From positions 1 through 45,536 of the forward strand of contig CAUZEB010000002.1 in assembly GCA_963578655.1 (NCBI GenBank): a stretch of DNA of 45,536 nucleotides, in the 5' to 3' direction. Of the stretch, positions 19,657-29,188 are shown piece after piece (position 1 is the first letter of the stretch; each line of letters begins with the position of its first letter). The position numbers and the translations under genes were made by a program. This stretch comes from Dehalococcoidia bacterium. Lineage in GTDB: Bacteria > Chloroflexota > Dehalococcoidia > Lucifugimonadales > CAUZEB01. Below the pieces are notes generated by a model, which made no database searches, had not been told where the DNA came from, and saw only the letters and a program-made list of their open reading frames with translations.

Positions 19657-21252
19657 ATGAACACTACAGAATGCTTGGAAATAGCAGCCCTTATAGCTCC
19701 TGATCGCTTGGCGGTAGTTTTTGAAAACAATCGCTTTACGTATGATGCGATACTCAAAAGAGTTAACCGTCTCGCAACCGCTTTGTCACGTCTTGGTATA
19801 CAAAGAGGCGATAGGGTAGCTATTATTCAAGTTAACACCAATGAACATATAGAAACATACTTTGCTGTGGCCAAATTAGATGCAGTATTCGTTCCGTTGA
19901 ATTTCAGATCAAGGGAGGACGAATTAACTTACATGATCAACGTGTCAGGCGCTAAAATAGTGCTAGCAGGACCTAGATATCGTGACCTCATTCTGTCTAT
20001 TATTCACAAACTCGATACGGTTGAGTACTTTATATCCCTGGAAGACGATACGAATGCAACTTATCCTTCATTAAAATTGCCAACCAACTGGCAATCATAC
20101 GAGACACTGATTACAAATGAATCCCAGTATGCAAGTCATCCGGTATCTGATGGCGACGATCTTTCAATAATAATGTTCACCGCTGGAACAACTGGTTCAC
20201 CTAAAGGTGTGATGTTAAGTCATGAAAGTTTCACATCCTACATCCTCGATAATGTTACACCGATTGAGCTCGATATCGAGGAAAGGAATATACTCACAGT
20301 CCCCTTATACCATATAGCGGGCGTCCAAGCCATGATGGCAGCTATATATGGGGGACGTACGCTAGTTATACAAAGACAATTCGACTCTTCCGGATGGATT
20401 AACTTGGTTGAAAGTGAGAAAGTTGATAGAGCTATGTTAGTTCCTACAATGCTCAAGCAAATTATGGATAATCCAAACTTTGCTCTACATGACCTCAGTA
20501 GTTTGAAGATTATCACCTACGGAGCAGCTCCCATGCCCTTGGATATTATAAAGAGAGCTATAGCAGCTTTCCCTGATACGCATTTCATCAATGCTTTTGG
20601 ACAAACAGAGACAGCAGCTACGATCAGTATGCTACCTCCTGAAGCTCATGTACTCACAGGATCTCCAAGCGAAGTTGAGCTCAAAATGAAGAGACTGGCA
20701 TCAATTGGTAAACCTTTGCCGGATGTAGATGTCAGAATTGTAGATGAAGACGGCATATCCGTCCCCATAGGTGTAATAGGTGAAATAGTAGCCCGAGGTC
20801 CCAGAGTAATGAAAGGTTACTGGATGGAAGAAAATGCTACAAAAGAGACCATCATAGAAGGATGGCTACACACAGGCGATTTAGGATACTTAGATGATGA
20901 AGGTTATATATTTCTTTCTGGTCGAGCCAAAGATTTCATCAAACGAGGAGGAGAAATGATATCACCCGAAGAAGTCGAACGAGTGATTCAATCTCATCCT
21001 GCAATTGATGAAGCAGCGATAATAGGCATACCCGACACCGAATGGGGGGAACGAGTAAGGGCGATTGTGGTTATTAAAGGAAACATAATTCTCAGCGAGA
21101 GTGAAATTATTGAATATTGTAGACAGCGCCTCGCTAGTTTCAAGAAACCAGAATCCGTTATCTTCACAAGGAAACTCCCTCGTAATTCTCTAGGTAAGGT
21201 ACTCAAACGAGTCCTACGAGAATCTTACAGCCATCCTTTAAGTTGTTCTTAA
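19657..21252 (+). CDS. AMP-dependent acyl-CoA synthetase/ligase (FadD-like)
   Basis: 531 aa. AMP-binding motif MFTAGTTGSPKGVMLSH, GQTE, TGDLGYLDDEGYIFLSGRAKD, and a C-terminal Lys motif (PRNSLGKVLK). Confidence 0.85.
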   Translation: MNTTECLEIAALIAPDRLAVVFENNRFTYDAILKRVNRLATALSRLGIQRGDRVAIIQVNTNEHIETYFAVAKLDAVFVPLNFRSREDELTYMINVSGAKIVLAGPRYRDLILSIIHKLDTVEYFISLEDDTNATYPSLKLPTNWQSYETLITNESQYASHPVSDGDDLSIIMFTAGTTGSPKGVMLSHESFTSYILDNVTPIELDIEERNILTVPLYHIAGVQAMMAAIYGGRTLVIQRQFDSSGWINLVESEKVDRAMLVPTMLKQIMDNPNFALHDLSSLKIITYGAAPMPLDIIKRAIAAFPDTHFINAFGQTETAATISMLPPEAHVLTGSPSEVELKMKRLASIGKPLPDVDVRIVDEDGISVPIGVIGEIVARGPRVMKGYWMEENATKETIIEGWLHTGDLGYLDDEGYIFLSGRAKDFIKRGGEMISPEEVERVIQSHPAIDEAAIIGIPDTEWGERVRAIVVIKGNIILSESEIIEYCRQRLASFKKPESVIFTRKLPRNSLGKVLKRVLRESYSHPLSCS

Positions 21253-21566
21253 TGATCACAATTTATAGGTACGCTCAAAGCATTTTGGGAGACTTTTGGA
21301 TGAAGGGCTATTTTTATACCTGGCATTGCACTACAGATTCCTGATTTCAATGAGGCGATTCTATACAATGATGTCCAAATGTACTCAATAGCAAATGGAG
21401 CCTTGCCAATTAAGAATTTAGGAAAATCTCTCATTTCAGCCGTAACTTCCAAATCCTTGTATTGAAGACTGCCTTCACCAACCCTATATATTCCTGCGTC
21501 TATTGTCCATATAAATTTTACGAACAGCGAGTTACTGGGGTCCAATTTATGTAGTGTTGCTACCAT
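21249..21566 (-). pseudogene. Probable remnant of an enolase-superfamily (mandelate racemase/muconate lactonizing enzyme) N-terminal domain
   Basis: This 105-aa ORF resembles only the N-terminal capping domain. VKFIWTIDAGIYRVGEGS matches v.v.TdeGi.G.GE. LIGKAPFAIEYIWTSLY matches liG.dp..ie.iw..ly. SAMPGIKIALHPKV matches the degenerate form of SAIDIALWDxKGK. There is no barrel domain. Its stop overlaps the convergent ligase stop by 4 nt. Confidence 0.4.
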
Positions 21567-21718
21567 CCTGAATGTTTTAATTTATATTATTTTCAATTAA
21601 CATATCCTAATATGTATCACGCCGCAATCGATTAATACTCTAGCTTATGGCTTTTATATCATTTTGCATAATGGAAGCCATAGCACACAGGTAACCAATT
21701 GAATCACCAAACCAAATT

Positions 21719-22978
21719 TCAGGAAATATCATCGAAGCCGGTATAGGGCCGCAAGACTGCAGGTATTTCTACAGTCCCATCAGACCTCTGATAATTTTCC
21801 AAAATAGCGATTATCACCCTCGGAAGTGCTAATCCAGAGCCATTTAGGGTATGTACGAATTGTGGCTTATCCCCTACATTTGGACGGTATCTGATAGACG
21901 CACGTCTAGCTTGAAATTCATCGCAGTTAGAGCATGAACTTACTTCCAACCACTCCTCACTACCTGGAGCCCACATCTCTATATCAAAGGTCTTCACTGC
22001 AGAAAAACCCAAATCACCCGTGGACAGCTTAATCACCCTATATGGGATCTCTAATCTTTCGCAAACCCTTTCAGCATCTGCTACTAATCGTTCAAGTTCT
22101 AAATCTGATTCTGTTGGTTCTACCAATTTATACATTTCCACCTTCTCGAATTGGTGTACTCTCTTTATCCCTCTGGTATCCCTACCGGCCGCAGCTTTTT
22201 CTCTTCTAAAACAAGGCGTATGAGCCACATAGTAAAGTGGTAACGTTCCAGGAGCTAATATTTCATCTCTGTGAAGATTAGTAATCGGAACTTCAGCTGT
22301 TGGAACCAACCACAAATCGTCGTCTTCGTCGTGGTACATAGTGTCGTAAAATTTAGGGAGATGCCCACTGCTTATAGCGGATGTACTGCTAACAAGATAT
22401 GGCAGATATATCTCTTCGTACCCATGTTCATTTGTATGAAGGTCTACCATCCAATTGACCAGAGCTCGCTGAAGTCTGGATCCCTTTCCTTTAAGTATGA
22501 AAAACCTGGAACCGGACAGTTTAGCCCCTCGTTGGAAATCTATAATATCTAAGTTCTCACCTATCTCCCAATGAGGCAATGGATGAAAATCGTTCGGAGA
22601 TTTAAATGATACATCTCGGACAACTATGTTGTCCGATTCATCCTTGCCATATGGAACATCTTGACGTGGGATATTTGGCACATTGAGCATCAGAGTCTCG
22701 ATTTTACCCTCGATTTTCCTGGTTTCCTCTTCAAGGGTCTTTATATTTTTCCCCATCATTCTCATTTGATGGATTAAACTCTCAGATAGATCTCCTGTTC
22801 TACTAATAATTTTATTAATTTCGTTACGTTGTGCTCTCAAACCATCTGATCTAACTATAATAGAACGCCGTTTGCCATCCAACTCCAATATCTCATCGAC
22901 CGGCACACTATCCCCTCTAAGCCTTACGGATTCTTTAACCAGCTCAGGATTCTTACGAATTAGTTCGATGTTAAGCAC
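21719..22978 (-). CDS. serS: Serine--tRNA ligase
   Basis: 419 aa with a GTG start after GGAAGG. N-terminal coiled-coil arm (MLNIELIRKNPE...) and class II motifs (FRRE, TAEVP, GSGLALPR). Confidence 0.95.
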   Translation of the reverse strand: MLNIELIRKNPELVKESVRLRGDSVPVDEILELDGKRRSIIVRSDGLRAQRNEINKIISRTGDLSESLIHQMRMMGKNIKTLEEETRKIEGKIETLMLNVPNIPRQDVPYGKDESDNIVVRDVSFKSPNDFHPLPHWEIGENLDIIDFQRGAKLSGSRFFILKGKGSRLQRALVNWMVDLHTNEHGYEEIYLPYLVSSTSAISSGHLPKFYDTMYHDEDDDLWLVPTAEVPITNLHRDEILAPGTLPLYYVAHTPCFRREKAAAGRDTRGIKRVHQFEKVEMYKLVEPTESDLELERLVADAERVCERLEIPYRVIKLSTGDLGFSAVKTFDIEMWAPGSEEWLEVSSCSNCDEFQARRASIRYRPNVGDKPQFVHTLNGSGLALPRVIIAILENYQRSDGTVEIPAVLRPYTGFDDIS

Positions 22979-23546
22979 TTAATACCTTCCACATTAATTC
23001 TCATCGTCACGCGCTAAAATCAAACCCAGCATCTTCAATTCATAAACCTTCACTAGCAAAGATTCGTTATCCATAGTGATCTACATTAACCGATCTGGGC
23101 TAATCTTGACCTTACGTAATGCCCTGTTGAGAGGACAACCAGACATAAGATACCTCATTTATAGATGGTAGGCCAGTACGTATTTAATAGCGTGTTCGCA
23201 CAAAATCTTAAATCAAGTTCTTTGAAACGAGTATCCGGACTTCAGTTACTATGAATTTAACTACAACAGAAAGATTTAGATGTACCATTAGTAATTACAA
23301 CTGTTCGGCATAAACAAAGGAATGATTTGACCTGATTTGTTGGAATATGTAAACTGTGCTAGCTGCAATTGCCATTCATAATCACAACCCTTGGATTATT
23401 GAATAGCCTTTTAGCCGTTTTCAAACCAACCTTCCGATTGTATGATTAGTTTAAAAGGAACGAAATTTATATTTGATCTAAACTTATACTGATTAGGAAT
23501 TAGATGCACCCAAACATCATCTCTAGTCCACTCTATAGTAAATGAC

Positions 23547-23909
23547 ATGACTCAACACACGAAAGTAACAGACTATGGCGATCAGCTGATTTCTGTTCCT
23601 AGAGCACATCTGCGGATGGAACTCGTACAAACTACAGATGGCCTGGTCCTGACCCACGAGGGCAAATCAGTATTGGAATGCTATTTAACAGAAAATGGCA
23701 TGTTGATAGCGGGATTTATTGCCAAAGCTCTAGGCGTTAACATACCACCCATGAATCACCCGATACCAATTAGAGTTTCCACCGGTGTTTTATATCGTGC
23801 ATTAGGAATATCTTACCTGGATTTACACAATCAGGAATCCTATAAACTACTTGAAAGACTCCTAGAAGAAGCGGAACTACAGCGGAGAGGAACTAATGAA
23901 AGTCTTTAA
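23547..23909 (+). CDS. Hypothetical protein (120 aa)
   Basis: Clean ORF with no family recognised. It follows a 568-nt non-coding gap and precedes the hotdog pair on the same strand. Confidence 0.4.
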   Translation: MTQHTKVTDYGDQLISVPRAHLRMELVQTTDGLVLTHEGKSVLECYLTENGMLIAGFIAKALGVNIPPMNHPIPIRVSTGVLYRALGISYLDLHNQESYKLLERLLEEAELQRRGTNESL

Positions 23910-24081
23910 TCTAGGAGGAGCATCCGCAAGTCATGTATCACAAATTTAATTTAGACTTCAACGAATGGTTAACTGGCAACTCCGTTGATTTGATCCCTTC
24001 GTACATCTATAATCATCTGCGTCATCTAACAATCTTTTAAATGCTAAGTAGAAACTGAATATAGGAAAGACGGTCCTTATT

Positions 24082-24486
24082 GTGTCTTTAGACTACTCAG
24101 AGTTAATACCAGGACAAAAGATATCGGTTCAAAATTATGTATTGGACTATGACATCATTCAAAGATATGTAGATGCGGTGGGAGGTCACCATCCATCTTC
24201 AGACGACACAGGGCATTTAAACCTTGTTCCACCAATGGCCATCGCATCTTTATGGCTTCGCAGTGTGATTAAGGAATTGGAAATCCCTGGTGGTACTCTA
24301 CACGTAGGCCAAGAATTAGAATTCACTCGAGCTGCACGGATCGGAGATAGAATCGAATGTACGGCCACTATACTCCAAAACACAGTTAGAAAAGATATCA
24401 GATTCATGGTGATTCAACTTAAGGTTACTAACGATGCCTGTCAGCCTATCATGCTAGGCAAAGGCACTTTAACTTTACCTGAATAA
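24082..24486 (+). CDS. Hotdog-fold protein, MaoC N-terminal-like (non-catalytic HadA/HadC-like subunit)
   Basis: 134 aa with a GTG start. Hotdog-fold pattern (GQELEFTRAARIGDRI..., final strands) but no hydratase-2 motif. Followed 26 nt later by a catalytic MaoC partner. Confidence 0.6.
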   Translation: MSLDYSELIPGQKISVQNYVLDYDIIQRYVDAVGGHHPSSDDTGHLNLVPPMAIASLWLRSVIKELEIPGGTLHVGQELEFTRAARIGDRIECTATILQNTVRKDIRFMVIQLKVTNDACQPIMLGKGTLTLPE

Positions 24487-24511
24487 TGGTGAAACGATAG
24501 CGAGTGCGGAA

Positions 24512-24922
24512 ATGATAAAGGGCGAATATTTACCTACTATTGAAAAAGTTATCACGCAGCTTATGATTAACCAATATGCAGAAGCTTCTGGTGATTTTAA
24601 CCCCATACATGTCGATGAGCAATACGCTAGGAAATCTCGATTTGGTAGTACAATAGCCCACGGTATGATGATCGCTGCGTCTATATCAGAGTTAATGACG
24701 ATGACCTTTAAACAAGATTGGTTAAATAGAGGTCGCCTAAAAATACGATTCAGGGCTCCAGTTTTCCCCGGTGACACTGTAACGACAGTAGGTCAAGTGC
24801 GAAACATCAACCTTTTAAACAACAAGAAAATCATTAACTGTTCTATAGAAGTCCGGCGACAGACCAACGAGGTAGCTATTTCTGGAGAGGCAACTGTAAC
24901 TCTTAATGAGAAAGAAAAATGA
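24512..24922 (+). CDS. MaoC-like (R)-specific enoyl-CoA/ACP hydratase-dehydratase (HadB-like catalytic subunit)
   Basis: 136 aa. Hydratase-2 motif YAEASGDFNPIHVDEQYA followed by TIAHGM. Confidence 0.8.
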   Translation: MIKGEYLPTIEKVITQLMINQYAEASGDFNPIHVDEQYARKSRFGSTIAHGMMIAASISELMTMTFKQDWLNRGRLKIRFRAPVFPGDTVTTVGQVRNINLLNNKKIINCSIEVRRQTNEVAISGEATVTLNEKEK

Positions 24923-25084
24923 GAATATCATTATTATGACTCCTCTCAAGCGAATATTGTATAGTCTATACAGAGACTATGACATGTAGTCGAACTGATA
25001 GCGACTTAAGTGAACGCATAGTAAGCACGAAGTACGCAGAGTTAATTTTAAGCTGGAGGCAAGTGAGTGTCACCGAGAAGCAAA

Positions 25085-26074
25085 ATGACCAGAATTGCCA
25101 TAGACGCCATGGGTGGCGATCAGGGGCCTGAGGTAACAGTAGCGGGTGCGGTGCAGGCATTTAAAGAGGGTGACGGTACTATAATCTTAGTTGGAGACGA
25201 AGCTGCAATAAAAAGAGAGCTTGCTAAGCATAACGCTCAAGACTTACCAATTACAATTGTACCTTCGGAGGGTATTATTACTGAAGATGACCACCCGGCA
25301 CGGGCTCTGCGTCAAAAACCGAAGGCATCTATTCTGGTTACAACTAACATGGTAAAGGAAGGATACGCGGACGCCAGTGTAACTATGGGATCCACTGGTG
25401 CGGCTATGGCAGCAGCTGCAGTATTGCTCGGAGTGACGAAAGGGATTGATCGCCCTGCGTTAGGCGGTCCGATAATAGGACTCGCTCCCCGGACCGTAGT
25501 AATCGATTTGGGTAGCAACGTAGATTGTCGCCCAGGACAACTAGTTAAATTTGGTGTCATAGGAAGCGTTTTTGTCAGACAAAGCTGGGGTTGTAAGGAT
25601 CCCCGTATTGCTTTATTAAGTGTCGGGTCAGAAACCGGAAAAGGCAACCGGCAGGTTCGCGAGACGGCAGAATTATTCTCGAAAAGTGACTTAAATTTTA
25701 TAGGTAACATAGAAGCAAATGACATATTTAGCAAAAAGGCGGATGTTGTAGTATGTGATGGCTTTGTTGGCAATATTGTAATGAAATTAACAGAAGGGAT
25801 GGGCCAAGCGATAGCAGATCATTTGAAAGTAAGACTTACCGGCAAATTACAAGATGCTGATCTGAGACAAATCACCTCGGAGATCTTCGAATTAAACAAT
25901 CCTCTCGAGACTTTCGGTGGAGCTCCATTATTTGGAGTGAATGGTGTCAGCGTTATAGGCCATGGACGAGCAAAAGCAAATGCCATTCGACTGGCTATTA
26001 AAACGGCTAAAGAAACCGTCGAAAATAATTTCATCACCAAGTTGAATGAGGAATTGAGTCAACTTTACAAGTAA
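25085..26074 (+). CDS. plsX: Phosphate acyltransferase PlsX
   Basis: MTRIAIDAMGGDQGP start, typical of PlsX, plus FVGNIVMK and GHG motifs. The track ORF begins 18 nt earlier at a GTG; the ATG at 25085 gives the family-typical N-terminus. Confidence 0.9.
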   Translation: MTRIAIDAMGGDQGPEVTVAGAVQAFKEGDGTIILVGDEAAIKRELAKHNAQDLPITIVPSEGIITEDDHPARALRQKPKASILVTTNMVKEGYADASVTMGSTGAAMAAAAVLLGVTKGIDRPALGGPIIGLAPRTVVIDLGSNVDCRPGQLVKFGVIGSVFVRQSWGCKDPRIALLSVGSETGKGNRQVRETAELFSKSDLNFIGNIEANDIFSKKADVVVCDGFVGNIVMKLTEGMGQAIADHLKVRLTGKLQDADLRQITSEIFELNNPLETFGGAPLFGVNGVSVIGHGRAKANAIRLAIKTAKETVENNFITKLNEELSQLYK

Positions 26075-26127
26075 GTATGAACATTCCCAAAGTCACCTGC
26101 AAATTCACTACATTAACAGGAGATACA

Positions 26128-26880
26128 GTGGCTAGATCTAGCATAGAAGGTAGGACAGCACTTGTCACAGGAGCCGCTAAAGGAATTGGTAAAGCTATAG
26201 CGTTAACTTTGTCGGATCTGGGTGTGAAAGTGGCAATAAATTACAAAACATCAGCTAAAGAGGCAGAGTGTCTTGTGAATAGCCTTCAGGCTAAAGACGT
26301 AGACTCTATTTCCATACAAGCAGATGTAAGCGATCGCGATCAAGCAAACAATATGGTTAAAACTGTAATTGATGAATGGGGACAAATTGACATTCTCGTT
26401 AACAATGCCGGCATTATTAACGATGGTCTTTTGGTCAGAATGTCAGATGAAGATTGGGAAACTGTAATTGAAACTAACCTATACAGTACTTTCTATTGTA
26501 GCAGGGCAGTAACCAGAGGAATGATGAGAAGACGTTGGGGTCGTATAATTAATATCGGTTCTGTAGTAGGGCTGAGAGGGAATATTGGGCAAGTTAACTA
26601 TACTGCGTCGAAAGCTGCCATGGTTGGCTTCACCTATGCTTTGGCTAAAGAACTTGCAAGTCGCTCGATTACAGTGAACACTGTAGCGCCAGGATACATA
26701 AGTACTGATACGGTAGATGTACTAACCCAAGAACAAAAGGACAAAATAATGACGTGGATTCCGCAAGGCCACTTCGGAGAACCGGAAGACGTAGCTAACT
26801 TAGTTGGCTTCCTCGCTGAAGAAAAGGCGAAGTATATTACAGGACAAGTGATTTGTGTAGACGGTGGAATGGCCATCTAA
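26128..26880 (+). CDS. fabG: 3-oxoacyl-[ACP] reductase
   Basis: SDR motifs TGAAKGIGKAIA, NNAGI, and the catalytic S...YTASKAA. Ends GQVICVDGGMAI. I prefer the GTG at 26128 (AGGAG plus 5 nt) over the track ATG at 26077, which adds an atypical 17-aa extension. Confidence 0.85.
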   Translation: MARSSIEGRTALVTGAAKGIGKAIALTLSDLGVKVAINYKTSAKEAECLVNSLQAKDVDSISIQADVSDRDQANNMVKTVIDEWGQIDILVNNAGIINDGLLVRMSDEDWETVIETNLYSTFYCSRAVTRGMMRRRWGRIINIGSVVGLRGNIGQVNYTASKAAMVGFTYALAKELASRSITVNTVAPGYISTDTVDVLTQEQKDKIMTWIPQGHFGEPEDVANLVGFLAEEKAKYITGQVICVDGGMAI

Positions 26881-26901
26881 AAACCCTTGTACATCCACAT
26901 A

Positions 26902-27522
26902 CTATTGCATTGGAGAAAACGGTGCGGGAAATAGTAATTTATTCTCCTGCCTCGTAGGTTGAAAATGGATATCAGGTGGCCAAAAATCAGATTGGAGTGC
27001 CTCGGAACGTACTCTTAAGCGTTCCTCGAAGTTTTTGTATGCCCATAGGTGAACAAAATTATTGATGCCACCATACTCCGTATACCAGCATCCGGCCAAG
27101 GGCGATAGTCGCTCCCGCCGCTCTATGACTTTCTCCCATTCCACAAGGACTTTAGTTAGTACTTCTGAAGGATAAGTATACATACGCATCTCATACAAAG
27201 GTCCTATCGTTCGATCAGTTAGCCGTTCCATAAATGGAGCCGGTAAGTATACCTTAGACACCATGTCCACTATAAGATCTTCTGTTTCAGGCGGCCACAC
27301 AGGATTGGGATACGATTCCGCCTTTGCTCTGATTTCAATTCTATCTTGCAAACTTTCGTAGGGCCAAATTGCTACCATCTGGTTAAGTGATCCAACCTCT
27401 GTATACCAATGCCCACCTAAATTAGATAATGCTAACCGGCCCGTAAGCTTTTCAGTGAATCGACTCCAGTATGTCTTCAGCATGTGTGTCTTTAAATAAT
27501 AGGTTCTTATCTCATATATCAC
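26902..27522 (-). CDS. NIPSNAP-family protein (two NIPSNAP repeats)
   Basis: IYEIRTYYLK... and LYEMRMYTYP... repeats, each followed by the WxxExGxxNxxVHLWxY pattern. The GTG at 27522 follows AGGAG plus 6 nt. The track start at 27606 adds 28 unrelated residues. Confidence 0.7.
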   Translation of the reverse strand: MIYEIRTYYLKTHMLKTYWSRFTEKLTGRLALSNLGGHWYTEVGSLNQMVAIWPYESLQDRIEIRAKAESYPNPVWPPETEDLIVDMVSKVYLPAPFMERLTDRTIGPLYEMRMYTYPSEVLTKVLVEWEKVIERRERLSPLAGCWYTEYGGINNFVHLWAYKNFEERLRVRSEALQSDFWPPDIHFQPTRQENKLLFPAPFSPMQ

Positions 27523-27803
27523 GATTTTCTCCTGCCCAATCGTTTTGCGAATGTTATATGAATTCCTTGAATTATGGGGATGGCATATACAAAGTTTGCC
27601 TGGCATTTATGTTAACAAATATCTTAGCAGTCTGCCTTGGATATTTCCCTGTGTTCAAGTCAGTTATAGCAAACGATTTGACCAAGAGCATAACCTTTCC
27701 TGTTCAGGCATTAGGACGGCTATTATTCACGCTATGTCGCTATAACTGATACAATATCTACGTTGTTAGCTATCATAGGAACCATTAATTAGGAGCTGCG
27801 CAA

Positions 27804-29105
27804 ATGACAAATATCATCAGAGGCCGTACCAGCTTAGAACTACTAGAGGACCTAGAGGAATTTATCCCAGGAGGTGTCGTACACAGATCTAAGTTACCTG
27901 ACTCTGTAAGAACGATTATAGAAGGCGGGAAAGGTAGCTATATCTGGGATGTTGACGGCAATCGCTACATAGACTACATCCTGGGCTCTGGTCCAATGCT
28001 ATTAGGGCATGCCGATCCTGATGTGACTAGAGCTGTACAGCGCAGGTTGGAATACGGAACACAATTTTTGCATGCAACCGATATAACGCTAAAACACGCC
28101 CGTAAGATAATAGAGATCATACCTAGTGCTGAGCAAATTAAATTTACCGGCACAGGGAGTGAGGCGACGTATATGGCCCTACGCCTAGCACGTGCCTATA
28201 CAGGAAAAAACAAGATCATAAAATTTGAAGGAGCATTTCATGGAACTCACGACTACACAGCCTGGAGCACTAATCCTTCAAAACTCCTTCCATTTCCTAA
28301 CGCCGAACCTGACACAGCCGGTATACCTCCTGTTTTACAACCTTACGTGCTTATAGCTCCATATAACGATCCAAATTATATTCGAGAACTCATTATACAG
28401 AACAGAGACGATCTCGCAGCCGTAATACTTGATCCCATGACAAGAATGATTAGGCCTGAATTTGACTTTCTAGAAGCAATACGTGAGTCTACTAAAAAAG
28501 TAGGAGCATTATTCATTCTAGATGAAGTAGTATCAGGATTTCGTTTGGCTCTAGGCGGGGCCCAAGAATACTACGGGATAGATCCTGACATTACAACTCT
28601 TGGTAAAATACTTGGCGGTGGCCTTCCCATTGGAGCCATTACAGGAAAGAAGGAGTTTATGAGCAGAATGGATCCTAAGTTTCGATCAGACAACCAATAC
28701 GCAATGGTGAGTGGAACTTTTTCATCCAACCCACTATCGGCAACAGCTGGTTTAGCGACTATCGAAATATTAGAGAGACCTGGTACGTATGATCGTCTAC
28801 ACGAATCAGGTTCGAGGCTATCAGAAGGGTTCAGAAAGATATGCGACAATTTAGAGATACCAGCGATAATAAATCATACAGGTCCTACTGTCGACGTGAA
28901 ATTTACCAGGGATATTGAAATCAAGAACTACAGAGATAGTGTAAACATTGATTCGGACATGGAACAACGTGTTTCTATAGAAATGATGAAGCGTGGTATT
29001 TTTCAGCTTCCAGGCGCCGGATTCTACATTTCCCTATCTCATTCCAATCAAGATATAGACGAGACTATAGAAATCTTTGATACCGTTCTCAAAACAACAC
29101 ACTAA
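27804..29105 (+). CDS. Class-III PLP aminotransferase, glutamate-1-semialdehyde 2,1-aminomutase-like
   Basis: 433 aa. GSGPMLLGHADP, TGSEATYMALRLARAYTG, LDEVVSGFR, and the PLP-lysine region TLGKILGGGLPIGAI, as in HemL-type enzymes. AGGAG RBS. True HemL function is not established. Confidence 0.8.
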   Translation: MTNIIRGRTSLELLEDLEEFIPGGVVHRSKLPDSVRTIIEGGKGSYIWDVDGNRYIDYILGSGPMLLGHADPDVTRAVQRRLEYGTQFLHATDITLKHARKIIEIIPSAEQIKFTGTGSEATYMALRLARAYTGKNKIIKFEGAFHGTHDYTAWSTNPSKLLPFPNAEPDTAGIPPVLQPYVLIAPYNDPNYIRELIIQNRDDLAAVILDPMTRMIRPEFDFLEAIRESTKKVGALFILDEVVSGFRLALGGAQEYYGIDPDITTLGKILGGGLPIGAITGKKEFMSRMDPKFRSDNQYAMVSGTFSSNPLSATAGLATIEILERPGTYDRLHESGSRLSEGFRKICDNLEIPAIINHTGPTVDVKFTRDIEIKNYRDSVNIDSDMEQRVSIEMMKRGIFQLPGAGFYISLSHSNQDIDETIEIFDTVLKTTH

Positions 29106-29188
29106 CGCCAAAATATACAGTTACTTAGATAGTTTGCGTGAGCACCTTAAGAGATGTTTATTTCTCTATTTGGAGTAGGATAAATAGA

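Noticed and set aside
21646-21682. Hairpin (8-bp stem TATGGCTT/AAGCCATA, 21-nt loop) downstream of serS as an intrinsic terminator. Similar weak AT-rich hairpins occur at 31713-31737 and 39067-39083
   Set aside because: The stems are short and AT-rich, the loops are large or there is no following U-tract. They cannot be distinguished from chance in AT-rich DNA.
23932-24033. 33-codon ORF (MYHKFNLDFNEWLTGNSVDLIPSYIYNHLRHLTIF) between the orphan ORF and the hotdog pair
   Set aside because: The AGGAGG upstream is about 14 nt from the ATG, which is too far. The ORF has no recognisable features and is likely chance.
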